Shown in pieces: positions 61,666-64,000 of a DNA stretch of 64,000 bases. The DNA is taken from positions 65,589-129,588 of the forward strand of contig CAWCOC010000018.1 of NCBI GenBank assembly GCA_963797035.1, in the 5' to 3' direction. The stretch comes from Terriglobia bacterium (GTDB taxonomy: Bacteria > Acidobacteriota > Terriglobia > Terriglobales > Acidobacteriaceae). A program made the position numbers and the translations under genes. Below the pieces are notes generated by a model. The model worked only from the letters and a program-made list of their open reading frames with translations. It did no database searches and was not told the DNA's origin. The stretch's first letter is position 1. The number at the start of each line of letters is the position of its first letter.

Positions 61666-63867
61666 ATGGATTTCGACTGGAGGGGCGAACTGTCCCAGGC
61701 GGATTCTCGCCTGCGGCGGTACGTGGGCTTCGCGGTCCTGGGGCTTGTCCTGCTGTATGCCTTGCTGGCCGGGCTGCGCACCGTTACCGAGGCCGATACC
61801 GGATGGCAATTGGCCAGCGGACGATACATTTTCCAGCACCATCAGCTTCCTGCCACCGACGTCCTTTCGTATACCGAACACGGGCAGGCCTGGATTTATC
61901 CTCCGCTCTCCGAGCTGATTCTCTACCTTATTTATGCGTTGGGCGGATTTGCCGCCCTGTCGTGGATGAATGCCGCGGCCTGTGCCGCCACCATTGGACT
62001 TGGGTTGTGGGCAGAGACCGGAACCGCCGCTGCCCTGCTGGCCATCCTCGCCATTCCCAAGATCGCGTACCGGACCGCTCCCCGCGCCGACGTATTTACG
62101 ACCGTGCTGTTCGCCGCCCTACTCGTCGTCCTCTGGCGGCATTACCAAGGCCGGGCCGCGCACCTGTGGTTAGTCCCATTGATTTTTCTGGTCTGGGCTA
62201 ACACGCACCTGGGCTTCATCGCGGGTTTCGCCCTGTTGATCGCGTATGCGGGGATGGAACTGGCCGAGTTCCTGGTTGCCGAGCGTCGCCCGGGGGCAAG
62301 CCGCCGGCTGAGGTCCGCACTGCCCTGGCTGATCGCGGCCTTCCCCATCACACTCTGTAATCCATGGGGCTGGGGAGTCTACGGCGCGCTGCTTCGACAG
62401 GAGCGGGACATGGCGGCGCAACAAAACGTGATCGCCGAGTGGCGCCATGTTCCGCTCAACGCGAGCACTCTCGCCGAAGCGCTGCAATGGCGAAATCCCA
62501 ACAGCGGTTATTTCTGGCTGCTGGCGCTCACCCTGGTTGCGGCTGCGGTCGCGCTGAAACGCCGGCACGTTGGCCCGGCAGCATTGCTGTTGGGCGCGGC
62601 GTTTCTGTCGCTGCGCCACATCCGCTTCCAAGGCTTGTTTGCGACGGTCGCAATGGTAGTGGCAGCGCCGTTCCTGGCAGCCCTGTTCGCGCCGCGCGGC
62701 GAAGCGGTTCAGAAGACCCGGGCACAGCGACGCCGGGAAATTGTCCGCGCCCGAGAGCCTCTGCTGGCGCGCTACCGGCCCATGCTCGTGGCCGCCGCTT
62801 TGCTGATGTGCACGCTCCTGCTCGGGTTTCGCGACTACGACTTGATTACGCAGCGCGCGTATATCGCCGCAGGTGACGTCAATCTGTTTGGCGCTGGTCT
62901 CTCCACCTGGTATCCAGAACGAGCGGCCGACTTTGTTCTCCGCGGGAAGTTGCCGCGCAACATCTTCCATGACTACAACCTTGGTGGGTTTCTTGCCTTC
63001 CGCCTGGGGCCCGAGTATCCGGACTACATTGATGGCCGCGCCATTCCCTTCCGCGACTTGATGGCGGAGCAACGCGCATTGATGGTGGAATCGCCGGATT
63101 CGCCGGCGTGGAAGCAGGAGGCCGATCAGCGGGGCATCAACACCTTAATGTTCTCGCTGGCGCGCTACTGGGGGCTGCCCGGATCCACACTGCGCCAGTT
63201 CTGCTCCAGCCACTCCTGGACGCCGGTGTACCTGGATGAGGTCGCCATCGTGCTGGTACGCAATCGGCCGGAAAACCAGGCTTTGATCCAACGGCTCGGG
63301 GTGGACTGTCAGAAAGTGAAGTTCGATCCGCCGACCGCCTTGACCGCGGCCAATTCTACCCGCGACCGCGCCGAACTGTTCAACTTCTACGCCCATGCGG
63401 GTTCAATTCTGTTCAAGCTGTCGCGCCTCCCCGAAGCAGAAGTCGAGATCGATCGCGCCATCCAGATGTTTCCCGAAGAGCCGTTCCTGCACCAGATCCG
63501 CGGACAGATCTACCAGGCGAAAGCACAGCCCGTGGACGCCGAACGCGAGTATCTCGAATCGGTGCGCCTGAAACCGGCAGAAGCCACCTGGTATACGCTG
63601 GCCATGCTTTATTCCTCGGAACGCCGGTACGATGATGCGGCACACGCGCTGCAGCAGGCGGCGGAGTTGTCGGTCCACCCCAGCCAGTACTACCTTTCGC
63701 TGGGCGAACTTTACGTTTCCATCCGCCAGCCGCAGAAGGCGCTCAGCGCGTTCGATGCCGCGGCTGAAAATTCCGATTTTGAATCCCCCGAAATCAAGGC
63801 GCGGCTCGAATCGCAGATTGCTCAAGGGCGCGCGCAGGCTTGGACCAGCGCGCCGGCAGCACCGTGA
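61666..63867 (+). CDS. large polytopic membrane protein (about 11 TM) with C-terminal TPR repeats
   Basis: ATG 61666 gives MDFDWRG..., then many hydrophobic helices through about aa 400. The TPR-like tail reads ELFNFYAHAGSILFKLSRLPEAEVEIDRAIQMFPEEP, YQAKAQPVDAEREYLESVRLKP, YTLAMLYSSERRYDDAAHALQQAAEL and LGELYVSIRQPQKALSAFDAA. Confidence 0.8.
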   Translation: MDFDWRGELSQADSRLRRYVGFAVLGLVLLYALLAGLRTVTEADTGWQLASGRYIFQHHQLPATDVLSYTEHGQAWIYPPLSELILYLIYALGGFAALSWMNAAACAATIGLGLWAETGTAAALLAILAIPKIAYRTAPRADVFTTVLFAALLVVLWRHYQGRAAHLWLVPLIFLVWANTHLGFIAGFALLIAYAGMELAEFLVAERRPGASRRLRSALPWLIAAFPITLCNPWGWGVYGALLRQERDMAAQQNVIAEWRHVPLNASTLAEALQWRNPNSGYFWLLALTLVAAAVALKRRHVGPAALLLGAAFLSLRHIRFQGLFATVAMVVAAPFLAALFAPRGEAVQKTRAQRRREIVRAREPLLARYRPMLVAAALLMCTLLLGFRDYDLITQRAYIAAGDVNLFGAGLSTWYPERAADFVLRGKLPRNIFHDYNLGGFLAFRLGPEYPDYIDGRAIPFRDLMAEQRALMVESPDSPAWKQEADQRGINTLMFSLARYWGLPGSTLRQFCSSHSWTPVYLDEVAIVLVRNRPENQALIQRLGVDCQKVKFDPPTALTAANSTRDRAELFNFYAHAGSILFKLSRLPEAEVEIDRAIQMFPEEPFLHQIRGQIYQAKAQPVDAEREYLESVRLKPAEATWYTLAMLYSSERRYDDAAHALQQAAELSVHPSQYYLSLGELYVSIRQPQKALSAFDAAAENSDFESPEIKARLESQIAQGRAQAWTSAPAAP

Positions 63868-64000
63868 CCGGTCGCAAGATTGCGCTTTGAACAGCTGTCA
63901 AAAATTGCTGTCCGAGGATTCGTGACTTATGGGCTCGGTTTCCGGAACCAAGGCGCCGTCGCAACGAGCGGTACTGGTCAAAGAAAAGAGGCAGGCGCGC

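Noticed and set aside
63929-64000. Possible start of another plus-strand gene (MGSVSGTKAPSQRAVLVKEKRQAR...)
   Set aside because: Only 24 codons lie inside the window, with no clear RBS and no motif.

Overview
GC-rich chromosomal segment. The gene content suggests Acidobacteriota/Terriglobia: a CarboxypepD_reg-type TonB-dependent receptor, a PEP-CTERM protein and giant choice-of-anchor-D-like repeat proteins. This placement is inference, not a database result. I see about 45 protein genes and one tRNA. I see no rRNA, CRISPR array, integrase, transposase or prophage genes.

The left 20 kb holds mixed housekeeping and stress genes: ClC channel, OsmC, FmdE-like protein, HD-GYP response regulator, TonB-dependent receptor, BON protein, ChbG/HpnK deacetylase, tRNA-CAT, DUF2254 and feoAB.

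Region 21-31 kb is dense in signalling genes: a Ser/Thr kinase with a long helical-repeat tail; a FecR-like protein with a heme-c (CxxCH) DUF3365 sensor that ends in a bare HAMP domain, divergent from an FHA-GAF-class III cyclase; an ECF-like sigma / anti-sigma pair; and two convergent PilZ genes.

The most unusual part is 31.7-61.5 kb. Two paralogous genes of about 3,000 codons sit head to head. Each encodes signal peptide, then 4 PKD-like repeats, then about 17 choice-of-anchor-D/ASH-like Ig repeats, then 3 C-terminal modules of about 225 aa. Between them lies a 5-kb cassette: an STN-like secreted protein, a Cys-rich secreted protein of unknown family, a DsbA-like oxidoreductase and a Sel1-repeat protein.

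The flanks of this locus carry an orphan GspE/PilB-type ATPase plus LuxR regulator on one side. The other side carries a trypsin-like protease, a 7-bladed propeller lipoprotein, a PEP-CTERM protein behind a perfect sigma-54 promoter, and a second copy of the Cys-rich protein.

The second giant gene has a single-base frameshift near 53,780 and contains three tandem super-repeats of about 1 kb. Other sequence-level oddities:
- an 8x heptanucleotide tract abutting the fmdE-like start codon
- a degenerate 18-bp tandem array
- a duplicated 55-bp extragenic element
- a frameshifted secreted-protein gene
- TAACC-N4/5-GGTTA palindromes in three intergenic regions of the giant-protein locus

All assignments come from reading motifs by eye. 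No searches or alignments were run.
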